A stretch of 64,000 bases of DNA from an uncultured Verrucomicrobiae bacterium. GTDB lineage: Bacteria > Verrucomicrobiota > Verrucomicrobiia > Limisphaerales > Palsa-1400. The notes beneath the pieces are model-generated. The model was not told where the DNA came from. It made no database searches and saw only the letters and a list, made by a program, of their open reading frames with translations. The stretch is taken from NCBI GenBank assembly GCA_963702845.1, contig OY969763.1, positions 4,064,001-4,128,000 on the forward strand, written 5' to 3'. Position numbers and translations under genes: made by a program. Below, piece after piece: positions 43,429 through 54,384 of this stretch (position 1 is the first letter of the stretch; every line of letters starts with the position of its first letter).

Positions 43429-46327
43429 ATGCGCCCTCTATTTGTCCTTCTTTCACTTTCTTTGGCTGTCCAGGCCGCGAGCGTCGATGGGCCGCTCACC
43501 CCGGAGCAATCCATCGCCGCTTTCAAAACAGAACCCGGCCTGCGCGTCGAACTCGTCGCCGCTGAACCAACCGTCGTCGATCCCGTTGCCATGGCCTTCG
43601 ACGAAAAAGGCCTGCTCTACGTTGTCGAAGATCGCGGCTATCCACTCGGGCCCGGCAAAGGCCTACCCGGCGCAGGACAAGTCGTTTTGCTGGAGAGCAC
43701 CAAAGGCGACGGTCATTACGACAAACGCACCGTCTTCGTCGACAAACTCACCTTCCCGAACGGCGTCATGCCATGGAAAGGCGGCGTCTTCGTCACCTGC
43801 GCTCCGTATCTTTATTACTTCAAAGACACAAACAACGACGGCGTCGCCGACATCAAGCAAACCATCTTCAAAGGCTTTCAGGACCTCTCGACAACCCAAC
43901 TTGCGCGTCAGTCATCCAACGCTCAACATCGACAACTGGGTCTATCTCACCTCCGGCCTGACTGAGGCCAAGGTCCGCTCCGTCCAATTCCCAGAGCATC
44001 CCGAAGTCTTCACCAAACGCACAGACTTCCGCTTCCGTCCTGACCTCGACGAATTCGAAGCCACCGCCGGCACCGCCCAATTCGGCCAAACGTTCGATGC
44101 ATTCGGCCACAAATTCGTTTGCTCCAATCGCAATCACAATCAGGAGGTGATGATCCAGCTCCGTTACATGGAACGAAATCCGCATCTCGATGCCGAAATC
44201 GTCCAGGACACACCCGACCACGAACCCGCCGCGCGCGTCTTTGCAATCAGCCACAACATCACCACCGACGCATCGCACACCGGCTATTTCACTTCCGCAT
44301 GCGGCGTCACTGATTTACGACGGCGACGCGCTTGCCCAACAAAATATCGCGGCAATTCCTTCACCTGCGAACCGGCCGGCAACCTCATCCATCACGACGT
44401 CCTCGTTGAATCCAACGTCACCTTCTCCGCGAAACGCGCTTACGACGATCTGGAATTCTTCGCCTCGCCCGACAATTGGTGCCGCCCCGTCAACCTCGCC
44501 AACGGCCCCGATGGCGCGCTCTACATCTGCGACATGTATCGCAAAACCATCGAGCATCCGCAGTATCTGCCGAAAGAAACCGTCGCCATCACCGACTGGA
44601 AAAGCGGCCGCGACATGGGCCGCATCTATCGCGTCGTCGCCGCCGATTACAAAATCGAAACCCATCAAATTCGACCTGTCACAAAGCCAGCACGAAAGAA
44701 CTATGCGACCTCTTAGAAAACCCAAACATCTGGTGGCGAATGACCGCCCATCGTTTGCTGCTTGGAACGTCAGGACAAAACCGCCGCCGCCATCCTCGCG
44801 CGCTTGTACAAAACTTCGAAATCCCCCAAAACCCGCACCCAGGCCCTCTGGTGCCTCGACGGCATCGGCAGTTTGAAAGAGTCGACACATTCTGCTCGCG
44901 CTCAAAGACGCCGACCCGAACGTCCGCGAACAGGGTTTGTTATTGGCTGAGCCCCGGCTCAACGCCAATTCCGCATTGTTCGCGCCCATCTCTTGCTTTG
45001 GCCAACGATCCAGATGCGCGCGTCCGTTTCCAATGCGCGCTGACGATCGGCGCCGGTCGACGATCCGCAAGTCATACCGGCACTTACCAAAATCATGGAG
45101 AAGGCTTTTCGACAATCGTTGGACAGGCACAGCAATCCTGACTGCCGTTCATGATCGCGGCGATGACCTGCTTCATGCGTTGCTCGCGGATAAAAACAAT
45201 CCCGACTGCAAGCGCCATTCTCATCCGCCTCGCACGCCTCGTCGGCATCACCGAGAGCCCCGAAAAAATTACCTCGTTGCTCAACGAAATCAGTGCCTCA
45301 AGAGCAGACTCAGATTTCGCGTGGCAAACGAGTGTTCTCAACGGACTCACCGATGGCCTGAGCACACGTCCGTCTCAGCAACTCAAGTTGATGGACCTCG
45401 TAAAAAATCAGCCAGTTGCTCGTGAGCGCATCGAACAAGTTTTCAAACGCTCCGGCGAAATCGCCCTGGATGAAAAAGCAACCGACATCCCAACGCCTCG
45501 TTGCCATCGGTTTGCTCGCCCATTCGCGCTCTGCCGAAACTCGCGACGTTCTCGGAAAATTAATTATTCCTTCGCAACCGAGTGATATCCAAATCGCCGC
45601 CGTTCGTGCACTGGGCCGTTCCGCCACAGCCGACGCCATTCGTGAACTCATCGCCAAAGATCGCTGGAACAGCTACACTCCCAGCGTTCGCGACGCCGTC
45701 GTTGCGCTCACGTTTCCAAACTCCGAATTAGTCACGATCCTCTTCGACGCAATCAACAAACAAGAAATCCCCGCGTGGAGCGTTTCTCCCGCCCATCGCG
45801 ACAAGTTCATCAATCACTACAACGACCCGGCCATTTCCAAACGCGCCGTCGAGTTGTTCCGAGGCCTGCGCACGAATGACCGGACGAAAGTCTACGAAGA
45901 TTGGAAATCCGTCCTGACCCTCACCGGCAATTCGAAGAACGGCCACGCCACCTTCACCAAAACCTGTTCGCCCTGCCACAAGGTCGAAGGCGAAGGAAAA
46001 GTCGTCGGCCCCGACCTGACCGGCATCCGCAATCAGCCCAAGCAAACGTTGCTCTTGCACATCATCATTCCCGAATACGAAATCATGCCCACCTACACCC
46101 TCTACAACGTCGAAACCAAAGACGGCGAGAGCTACAGCGGCTTGCTGGCATCGGATTCCACCGGAAGCATCACCTTGCGCCAGGCCGCCGGCGTGGAACA
46201 AAAAGTCCCTCGCGCCAACATCGCCACCATGAGCTCCAGTCGCTTATCCTTGATGCCACAGGAGTTAGAGAAGACGATGTCTCGTCAGGACATGGCCGAT
46301 TTGCTGGCCTTCTTAAAGGGCGAATAA
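43429..46327 (+). CDS. PVC-type membrane-bound dehydrogenase / heme-binding CxxCH protein with many frameshifts (assembly errors or pseudogene)
   Basis: ELVAAEP.V.DPVAMAFD, RPVNLANGPDGALYICDMYR, CSPCH, GPDLT and SLMP..LE motifs over at least 6 frame changes. Confidence 0.85.
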
Positions 46328-46395
46328 GTCAGCCTACAACTGAAGTGCGCTCCTTGACGGACTGCACTTCTGGACACAATATTCCTGCTCTTAAA

Positions 46396-47622
46396 ATGAT
46401 TAACCTGGACGCTCTTTACGGATCACTGACGATCAAAACCAACGCGAAACTCGCCCTCATCGTTCTCGATGGGCTCGGCGACATCGCTTTGCCATCGCAA
46501 AATTATTTAACGCCGCTCGAAGCCGCCGCGACGCCGAACCTCGACAAGCTCGCCAAACAATCGGCTCAGGGCCGTTTAATTCCAGTAGCACCCGGCATCA
46601 CCCCCGGCAGCGGCCCCGGTCACCTCGGCTTGTTCGGATACGACCCGCTTGAATTCCAAGTCGGCCGCGGCGTCATCGAAGCGCTCGGCTTGGGTCTAGA
46701 GCTGAAAGCCGGCGACGTCGCCGCGCGCGCGAACTTCTGCAGTCTCAACGACAAGAAAATCGTCACTGACCGTCGCGCTGGCCGTATCGCCACTGAAGTC
46801 ACGCAAGACCTCTGCGCGTTGCTTTCGAAGCGCATCAAAAAAATCGGCGACACCGAAGTCATCATCAAACCCGGCAAAGGCCATCGCTTCGTTGTCGTGT
46901 TCCGCGGCAAAGGTTTGGAAGGCCCACTCACCGACGCTGATCCGAATCGCGAAGGTTTGCCGATTCCAACCTCGAAGCCGACGAATCCAAAGTCCGCGAA
47001 GCAAAAGAAAGCCGCGAAACTAATCGCCGACTTTTACAAGCAAGCCTTGCCGATTCTCGCGTCCAAACATCCCGCCAATGCATTCCTGATGCGCGGCATT
47101 GCCCATCAGCCGGAAATCCCGTGCTTTGATGAACGCTACCAATTGCGCGCCGCGTGTCTCGCCGTTTATCCGATGTATAAAGGCCTCGCGCAGCTCGTCG
47201 GCATGAAGAAATTGGAAGGCATCGAGACGATTGCCGACCAATTCAAGCGTTACGTCGCTGAATACAACAACTACGATTATTTCTTCATCCACTACAAATA
47301 CACCGACATGCACGGTGAAGATGGAAACTTCGAAGCGAAGAAAAAAGCGATCGAAGATTTCGACGCTGCATTGCCGATTTTCCTCGCGAAGCGTCCTGAC
47401 GTGATCGCAATTACTGGCGACCATTCCACTCCGTGTGCCGTGAAAGGCCACTCGTGGCACCCGCAGCCGGTATTGTTGAACTCTGCCATTTCCGGCACTG
47501 ACAAACTCGACCGCTTCACCGAAACCGGCGCGAACATCGGTTCGCTCGGCGTTTTCGAATCGAAATACCTGATTCGTTTAATGCAGGCGAACGCGAAGAT
47601 GTTCGATAAGTTCGGCGCTTAA
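46396..47622 (+). CDS. apgM: 2,3-bisphosphoglycerate-independent phosphoglycerate mutase (ApgM type)
   Basis: DGLGD, TPLEAA.TPNLD, PGSG, DRRAGR and TGDHSTP motifs. Confidence 0.9.
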   Translation: MINLDALYGSLTIKTNAKLALIVLDGLGDIALPSQNYLTPLEAAATPNLDKLAKQSAQGRLIPVAPGITPGSGPGHLGLFGYDPLEFQVGRGVIEALGLGLELKAGDVAARANFCSLNDKKIVTDRRAGRIATEVTQDLCALLSKRIKKIGDTEVIIKPGKGHRFVVVFRGKGLEGPLTDADPNREGLPIPTSKPTNPKSAKQKKAAKLIADFYKQALPILASKHPANAFLMRGIAHQPEIPCFDERYQLRAACLAVYPMYKGLAQLVGMKKLEGIETIADQFKRYVAEYNNYDYFFIHYKYTDMHGEDGNFEAKKKAIEDFDAALPIFLAKRPDVIAITGDHSTPCAVKGHSWHPQPVLLNSAISGTDKLDRFTETGANIGSLGVFESKYLIRLMQANAKMFDKFGA

Positions 47623-47722
47623 CATTGTGGCCTCCGCACAGCGGCGGCTATGAAACAAACGGTTCTTTCACTTACTCGAGCGGTTAGATAAACTCACCGC
47701 TCGTTTTTTTAACTGGAATTTT

Positions 47723-49801
47723 ATGTCGGAAGATAAATCTGTTGTTAAACCGGTCCAGGCACCGCCATTGGCACCTTTAAACCTAAAATCGAAGCTCGCG
47801 GGCACTCCGACGAGCGCCCCGAAATTTACCGTTACGGTCAAAAACTCGGCCGGGCAAAACGTCGTCGTCGCCGATCCTCGTGCGACCCGCGCGCTCGTTG
47901 CGTTAATGGACACATGCGCCGTTAATGGTGGCGCTGCCTGCCACTGGGGCGGCCCGGCGGCATTCGCGGAAATCAATGCCGCGATTCATGCCGTGATGTT
48001 CTCGGTGAAAGACCGTCCCTGGCATGAAGCTTACAATTTCGTCAACGACGCCGGCCACGCTGAGAACGGCATTTACGCTCTACGCGCCAACTACGGTTTC
48101 GACAATATGACCTTTGCGGACCTGAAAGGTTTCCGTGGCATCCAGAGCAAGCTCACTGGTCACGGCGAAGCGCATTTGAACCCTGAAGGCGTGCTGCTCA
48201 GCAACGGCCCGCTCAGCTCGGCTGTAGCGCAATCGCAAGGCCTCGCGATGGCCGACAAGGTCCGCAAGAACGACCGCGTCACCATTTGCGTGATGTCCGA
48301 CGGCGCGTCGATGGAAGGCGAAGCAAAAGAAACCTTCGCGGCCATTCCCGGTTTCGCGATTAAAGATCGCGTCAATCCGTTCGTCCTCGTCATTTCCGAC
48401 AACGACACCAAGCTCAGTGGCCGGATTAGTAAGGACGCTTTTTCAATGCAACCGACGTTCGATGCGATGTCTGTGCTCGGATGGAACGTCATTAAAGTGC
48501 CGAACGGCAACGATATCCAGGCGGTGTACCAAGCCGTCGAGAATGGCGTCGAACAAGCGCGCAAGAATCCGAAGGCGCCCGTGTTGATTTGGGCCAAGAC
48601 CATCAAGGGCTATGGCATCAAAGCCACCATGGACAGTGCTTCCGGTGGTCATGGCTTCCCGCTTCCGAACGGTGAAAAGATCATCGATTTCGTGAATGAA
48701 ATTTACGGTGGCGGCGCAAATGTGCCGACTGCACTCGCCGAATGGGCGAATTCCTTGCGTTGCGATTGGGAGCAGAAGGACGCGGCCAAGAAAGCCAAAG
48801 CGGCCGCCGCTGGTCCGACTCCCGCGCCTGCAATCAAGACCGACAAGATCCAGGCCGGCCTCGGCAAAGCAGCCGTGCGCGCGGCGCAGGATGGTTATCC
48901 GGTCTATTCCATTTCATCCGACGTCGAAGGTTCAACCGGTATGGCCTTCTTCCAAAAGACCTTTCCGGAGCGTTTCGTCGAAGTCGGGGTTGCTGAAGCA
49001 AATATGATCAGCACCGGCGCTGGTTTCGCGAAGGTTGGTTTTATCCCGATCGTCGATACCTTCGGCCAGTTCGGCGTGACCAAAGGCAACCTGCCGCTGA
49101 CGATGGCCGCACTTTCGCAGGCGCCCGTTATCTCGGTATTTTCACACGTTGGTTTCCAGGATGCAGCCGACGGTGCATCGCACGAAGCAACCACATACCT
49201 CGCAGCAACCAGCGCGATTCCGCACACAGTCGTCATTTCCTGTTCGTGCTCTGACGAAGCCGAATCGTTCATGTATCAAGCCATCAAAGGTATCGCTGAC
49301 GCGCGCAAGGCTGGCAAAGATGGCGAGTCGGTTGTCTTTTTCGTCGGCCGCGAAAACTATCCGCTGCAATGGGTCGAAAACGCGCAATATCCGTGGGGTA
49401 AAGCCCAAGTGCTCGCGACCGGTAAAGATGTCGTGTTGATTGGTTGCGGTCCCCTGCTCGGTCGCACCATCGAAGCCGGCAAGCAACTCGCCGCGCAAGG
49501 AATCAGCGCAACGGTCATTAACAATCCGTTCATCAACCGCGTCGATCTCGACACGATTGCTCCGCTAGTGAAAGCCGCCAACGGTCGCGTGGTCACGATT
49601 GAAGATCACCAATTGATTTGCGGCATGGGTGCCCAGGTTTCTCATGCGCTCGCGCAAAATGGCGTCGCACACCAGATGAAATCGCTCGGCATCAAAGGCG
49701 AGTTCGGCCAATCGGCTTACGTCGCAGAATATCTCTACGAGAGGCACGGCTTGACCGCGGCGAAGTTGGTCGAAGCAGCCAAATCGCTCGTCGGTCGCTA
49801 A
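47723..49801 (+). CDS. Transketolase-family ThDP enzyme
   Basis: GH, L.GH.E, GPL, SDG..MEG, TIKG.G, VGVAEANM and DGASH motifs. Confidence 0.85.
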   Translation: MSEDKSVVKPVQAPPLAPLNLKSKLAGTPTSAPKFTVTVKNSAGQNVVVADPRATRALVALMDTCAVNGGAACHWGGPAAFAEINAAIHAVMFSVKDRPWHEAYNFVNDAGHAENGIYALRANYGFDNMTFADLKGFRGIQSKLTGHGEAHLNPEGVLLSNGPLSSAVAQSQGLAMADKVRKNDRVTICVMSDGASMEGEAKETFAAIPGFAIKDRVNPFVLVISDNDTKLSGRISKDAFSMQPTFDAMSVLGWNVIKVPNGNDIQAVYQAVENGVEQARKNPKAPVLIWAKTIKGYGIKATMDSASGGHGFPLPNGEKIIDFVNEIYGGGANVPTALAEWANSLRCDWEQKDAAKKAKAAAAGPTPAPAIKTDKIQAGLGKAAVRAAQDGYPVYSISSDVEGSTGMAFFQKTFPERFVEVGVAEANMISTGAGFAKVGFIPIVDTFGQFGVTKGNLPLTMAALSQAPVISVFSHVGFQDAADGASHEATTYLAATSAIPHTVVISCSCSDEAESFMYQAIKGIADARKAGKDGESVVFFVGRENYPLQWVENAQYPWGKAQVLATGKDVVLIGCGPLLGRTIEAGKQLAAQGISATVINNPFINRVDLDTIAPLVKAANGRVVTIEDHQLICGMGAQVSHALAQNGVAHQMKSLGIKGEFGQSAYVAEYLYERHGLTAAKLVEAAKSLVGR

Positions 49802-49811
49802 ACGAATTTAG

Positions 49812-49860
49812 AAAAACAAAAACGTTACAAGGATCAAACCTTGTAACGTTTTTTTGTTTT
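49812..49860. terminator. Bidirectional intrinsic terminator
   Basis: AAAAACGTTACAAGG-atcaaa-CCTTGTAACGTTTTT. Confidence 0.8.
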
Positions 49861-49875
49861 AAAAAATCTCAGCTC

Positions 49876-50604
49876 TTAATCGACGAATGCGACTTCCATG
49901 TCGCGCGTGTAGTAGAGGATGCGACCGCAGTTTGGACAGGTGACAAGTTCTTTGGCCTGCTGGCAGGCGAGCATCACTTGCACCGGAAATTTCATATGGC
50001 AACCACCACAGACGCCATGTTGAATACCCACCACCACGTTCTCGCCCTTTTGCTTCATCAAGCGTGAGTATCGACTCAAAGTGGTCTCTTCCACGCCTGA
50101 CGTGAGTTGATCGCGGCTGGCTTCGAGCTCTCCCAATTCTTTCTGCAAATTCTGCTCGCGATCGGCCAGCTGTTTCATCTGGCCTTCGCTCAGCTTCTTC
50201 GCGTCGTCCGCGTCTTTTTGGGCCACGGCCGCTTGTTTTTGCGCGACTTCCATTTGCTCCATCAACTCAATCTGCTGATCTTCGAGTTTGACGATGACTT
50301 CTTTGGCCATTTCGATTTCGTGACCGAGGGCCCGATATTCTTCGTTCTTCTTGGTTTGAAATTGTTGGAGCGAATACTTTTCGATCTGCCCTTTTTTGGC
50401 TTCGGCATCGAGTTCGAGCTTTTTGCGGTCGGTCTCGATTTGCTTCAGCTTGAGTTTGGCGGCATCGAGAGCGGCCTGTGTGCCTGAGGTTTTTCCCTGC
50501 AACATGTGTCGCTCTGGTTCAATTCGCGCCAACTCGGTTTTTACCCCAAAGATCCGACGGTCGCGGTCCTGCAGTATGAGAAGTTTTTCAATTTGGTCAG
50601 TCAT
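49876..50604 (-). CDS. Coiled-coil protein with C4 zinc ribbon (DUF164/CT398-like)
   Basis: Long coiled coil followed by CGGCH...CPNCGRILY. Confidence 0.9.
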   Translation of the reverse strand: MTDQIEKLLILQDRDRRIFGVKTELARIEPERHMLQGKTSGTQAALDAAKLKLKQIETDRKKLELDAEAKKGQIEKYSLQQFQTKKNEEYRALGHEIEMAKEVIVKLEDQQIELMEQMEVAQKQAAVAQKDADDAKKLSEGQMKQLADREQNLQKELGELEASRDQLTSGVEETTLSRYSRLMKQKGENVVVGIQHGVCGGCHMKFPVQVMLACQQAKELVTCPNCGRILYYTRDMEVAFVD

Positions 50605-50814
50605 GAGAGTGCCGCTTCTAGTGGAATAGACGGTAATCAGCTCGTTCCGGCAAGTCAATGAAGACCGTCGTGTTAGCCGATTACTGCCTGTCCAGTTATG
50701 TGCTACGTTGCAAGACGTTGTGTATTGCTGTTAAAAAGCAGGTTCACCAGACAACGATTATTGAACGTTTTGTGTCAATGTCATCTCGAACCACAAAGAA
50801 GAATATCGGAATTT

Positions 50815-52350
50815 ATGAATCGAATTAGAAATCTAGCTCTGTCCGCAATTGTAACCGCCGGCTTGGTCGGCAGCGGGGCGGTTGCTTTCGCGAAAGACTC
50901 CTCAGCGCTCGAATTGGCGAGGCAACTTAACGAGGCCTTCGTCGAGGTTGCTGACAAAGTGTCTCCTGCCGTCGTTGTTATTACCGTGACCGAGAAAGCG
51001 AATTATCACGGCAGCAACATGGAAGATAACGGTGATGAAAATGGTTCGCCCTGGGACATGCTCCCGCCGGAATTGCGCCGCTATTTTGAAGAATGGGGCA
51101 ATCGCGGGAACCGCGGTGACAATGGCAATCGTGGTAATCGCCGCCCACAACGCGCGCCTCAAATGCAGGGTGAAGGTTCGGGAATCGTTATCAGTGAAGA
51201 TGGCTACATCCTGACGAACAATCACGTCGTTGAAGGTGCGGATAAAATCCACGTCCGGTTCAAAAACGGAGAGGAATACGACGCGACCGTTAAAGGCACC
51301 GATCGTGAGTCAGACGTCGCCGTGATTAAGATTAAACCCAAGAGCCACCTGCTGCCGGCCAAACTTGGCGATTCGGATAAGACACGCGTAGGTGAATTCG
51401 CCATTGCGATCGGTGCGCCGTTCCAATTGACCTACAGCGTCACCGTCGGCCACATCAGCGGCAAAGGTCGCTCGGTCGGCCCGATGACTCCGAACGGTTA
51501 TGCTGACCAGGACTTTATACAGACCGACGCGAGCATCAACCCGGGCAACAGCGGTGGTCCTCTGATCAATCTTTACGGCGAAGTCATTGGCATCAACGCG
51601 ATGATTCGCGGTATGAACACCGGTATCGGTTTTGCGATTCCGATTAACCTCGCCAAGCGCGTCACCGACCACTTGATCAGCGAAGGAAAATTCGTTCGCT
51701 CATGGCTTGGTGTGGGAATTCAGGATTTGAAGGATGATGCTGACTTGCGCGATCTCGATCCCAAGCTGCGCCCTGACGTCGATGAAGGTGTCGTGATCAA
51801 GACGATCCAATCGAATGGTCCGGCAAAGAAATCGACCCTGCAAGCCGGTGATGTGGTTGTTGCGATCGATGGCAAAAAAGTCACCACCCCACGACAACTC
51901 CAGGAAGAAGTCTCGGGCAAGAAACCCGGCCAGACCATCACACTGGCCGTGGTGCGCAATCACAACCAGCACGTGCCGGTGAAGGTTAAGACCGAAGCAT
52001 TGCCGTCGGACTTGACCAAAAACGATCGTTCGAATCAGAACGACGGTAATAGCGATGAACCGACCAGCTTTGGCTTAAGTGTTGAGAACCTGAACAAGGA
52101 CAACACCTCGAAATATGATATCGAAGCGAATCAACAGGGCGTCCTGATTACCGCGGTTGAGCCTGGGTCAGTCGCGGAAGAATCTGGATTGAAAGCGGGC
52201 GACGTCATCACCGACGTCAATCGCAAACCGGTCACCAGTCTCCGTGAGTTCCGCGATGCAACAAAAGGGATCAACGCAAAAAGTGGCGCGATTTTCAACG
52301 TGATCAGCAATGGCACGAGTAAATTTTTAGTGCTGAAGGATCGGGAGTAA
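50815..52350 (+). CDS. DegP/HtrA serine protease with two PDZ domains
   Basis: GSG.VI, LTNNHV and DASINPGNSGGPL motifs. Confidence 0.95.
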   Translation: MNRIRNLALSAIVTAGLVGSGAVAFAKDSSALELARQLNEAFVEVADKVSPAVVVITVTEKANYHGSNMEDNGDENGSPWDMLPPELRRYFEEWGNRGNRGDNGNRGNRRPQRAPQMQGEGSGIVISEDGYILTNNHVVEGADKIHVRFKNGEEYDATVKGTDRESDVAVIKIKPKSHLLPAKLGDSDKTRVGEFAIAIGAPFQLTYSVTVGHISGKGRSVGPMTPNGYADQDFIQTDASINPGNSGGPLINLYGEVIGINAMIRGMNTGIGFAIPINLAKRVTDHLISEGKFVRSWLGVGIQDLKDDADLRDLDPKLRPDVDEGVVIKTIQSNGPAKKSTLQAGDVVVAIDGKKVTTPRQLQEEVSGKKPGQTITLAVVRNHNQHVPVKVKTEALPSDLTKNDRSNQNDGNSDEPTSFGLSVENLNKDNTSKYDIEANQQGVLITAVEPGSVAEESGLKAGDVITDVNRKPVTSLREFRDATKGINAKSGAIFNVISNGTSKFLVLKDRE

Positions 52351-52383
52351 TTGGTGAGTTAGTTAGTTCTGTCTGTGGTTTGG

Positions 52384-52423
52384 CAGCGGCCGGTCGTGAG
52401 TGCGACTTGGCCGCTGTTTTTTT
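52384..52423 (+). terminator. Intrinsic terminator after htrA
   Basis: CAGCGGCC...GGCCGCTG followed by a T7 tract. Confidence 0.75.
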
Positions 52424-52504
52424 ACGGAGCCGCGCACGTCAGCAAGCGGTTTTGAAGATTGGATGTCGCCGGTAGTAACCGCTTGCTGACGCGCGCGGCT
52501 CTGT
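52424..52504. repeat. REP-like doublet
   Basis: GAGCCGCGCACGTCAGCAAGCGGTT...AACCGCTTGCTGACGCGCGCGGCTC. Confidence 0.7.
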
Positions 52505-52517
52505 TACAGCGGCTCTT

Positions 52518-53507
52518 TTAGATCACTTCACGCTTGCGGTCACGCCGTTCCCAATACCAGGCAATCCAAACACTGATTTCGTAGAGAACCTGCAGGATGA
52601 TGCACATGACGATCTGCGTATAAACTTCAGGAGTCGTCAGCAACGCGCCGAGGATCAAATTGGCGACGATCATATAGCGACGCATCGCGGCAAGTTTCGC
52701 ATAATTCAGGAACCCAATTTTTACCAACGCCAACAAAACGACAGGCAACTCGAACCCAATGCCCATGCCAAAGAGGAATTTAACTTCAAAACTGATAAAG
52801 GTTTCCGCCTGCCAGCTCGGCACTTGAATCCCCATCCAATTCGCAAACTGCTCAGCGAACTTGAGCGCTTTGGGCATGATCCAAAAATAGCCCAGACATA
52901 TTCCAGACAGGAACAAAAGAAGGCCGACAGCAAATGCGCGCAGGAAATATTTCTTCTCCTTGATCTTGAGAGCAGGCATCACGAACTGACCGACGAAGTA
53001 AAAGACAAAGGGACAGGCTAGGATCAGCCCGCCAAAGAACCCGACGTGCAATGCCAGCATGAACGCCGCTGCTGGATCAAGAATGATCAAGCCGGGGCCA
53101 GAGCCAAGGGTGGCCGAGTTGGTGACCAGCTGAACGGAAAGTACCTGCTGTGTCCCTATCAGGACCGGGACGAGATTGATAACGACGTTCGCGTGATTGC
53201 TCAGATCAAGAGATCCAAAATTATTCGTACTCGGATCGAAGCTGCCGATCGTATTCCCAGCCAGTTTGACTCTGATGGGTTGATTGGGGCCCATCTGTAG
53301 TTGTGCAGAGCGCTCAAGCGGCCATTTGAGAATGGCCATGATTTGCGGGGCCGCAAAGAGGCACACAATCAAACCAAGCAGCAAGGCTGCACCAGCTTTG
53401 ACGAGCATCCATCGAAGATCTTCGAGATGCTCTAAGAAGGTCTTTATCGCTCCGCCAGCTACTTCCTGTTCGTCAGGATCTATTACCTCGGGGGTGTCGT
53501 CAGCCAT
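52518..53507 (-). CDS. tatC: Twin-arginine translocase TatC
   Basis: FLEHLEDLR, FELP, RRY.I and LYEISV motifs. Confidence 0.95.
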   Translation of the reverse strand: MADDTPEVIDPDEQEVAGGAIKTFLEHLEDLRWMLVKAGAALLLGLIVCLFAAPQIMAILKWPLERSAQLQMGPNQPIRVKLAGNTIGSFDPSTNNFGSLDLSNHANVVINLVPVLIGTQQVLSVQLVTNSATLGSGPGLIILDPAAAFMLALHVGFFGGLILACPFVFYFVGQFVMPALKIKEKKYFLRAFAVGLLLFLSGICLGYFWIMPKALKFAEQFANWMGIQVPSWQAETFISFEVKFLFGMGIGFELPVVLLALVKIGFLNYAKLAAMRRYMIVANLILGALLTTPEVYTQIVMCIILQVLYEISVWIAWYWERRDRKREVI

Positions 53508-53532
53508 GACCTGGGGTTATCAGTGCAAACCG

Positions 53533-53841
53533 TCAGGTCTTGGGGACGGTGGAAGGCGGAGTGTTCTGCGCGGTTTCCTGCGGAGCAACGTTTGGGCTGG
53601 GAGTTTGATGCTCGATCTGGGGCGTCGCAGGAGGCGTCGGCTTGGAGTAATGGGAGTCGTCCATGGCGTTTTGGAATTCCTGGGTCACTTCGTTCGAAGC
53701 TTTCTTGAATTCTTTGATGCCCTGGCCGAGGCCTTTGGCGAATTCTGGAATTCTTTTCGCGCCGAAAAGAACAAGAATTGCAACCAAGACGATGATCAAC
53801 TCGCCGCCGCTCAAACCTAATACTGCTAAACTCGCGTTCAT
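53533..53841 (-). CDS. tatA: TatA/TatB family subunit
   Basis: E...[22 protein letters not shown] motif. Confidence 0.9.
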   Translation of the reverse strand: MNASLAVLGLSGGELIIVLVAILVLFGAKRIPEFAKGLGQGIKEFKKASNEVTQEFQNAMDDSHYSKPTPPATPQIEHQTPSPNVAPQETAQNTPPSTVPKT

Positions 53842-53872
53842 GATTTAAATGTCGAAGAGAAATCTGTGCAAA

Positions 53873-54082
53873 TCAAGCTACCGGAGTGGTGGGTTTGCTC
53901 ACCACGGACTTCTTATCAGCGGTATCTTCGCCGTTGGAAGCCTTCTTGAATTCCTTGATGCCTTGGCCGAGACCTTTGGCGAATTCCGGAATCTTGCGGG
54001 CACCAAATAGCACCAAAACTGCCACCACGACGATGACTAATTCTCCACCGCTCATTCCCAACACTGCGAGCATTGTTTGCAT
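53873..54082 (-). CDS. tatA: TatA family subunit (second copy)
   Basis: [24 protein letters not shown] motif. Confidence 0.9.
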   Translation of the reverse strand: MQTMLAVLGMSGGELVIVVVAVLVLFGARKIPEFAKGLGQGIKEFKKASNGEDTADKKSVVSKPTTPVA

Positions 54083-54384
54083 ATAAAAAAGTTTGGACGA
54101 TTCCTGGACCGTCGTATTCGGATGTCCACGACACATCGGGTGCAGTGCGAACAATCCAGCAAGTATTGTTGTCCAGAGTGAACGGTTAGTAAAGTTCCTT
54201 ATTGAGAAGACGGTAATTTGCGTGAGTTGGATACATACCCATACCCACTGGGGGTAAATAGCCGTCAGGGCGTCAGCGCAATTGATAGTAAAGAGATTAC
54301 GACGAAAATGAGCCGTCAGACTGACGGCAACAAATCGTCAGGACCCTCATTTACTTTGTGCGCGGTCGCTGCTACAAACTCTCC

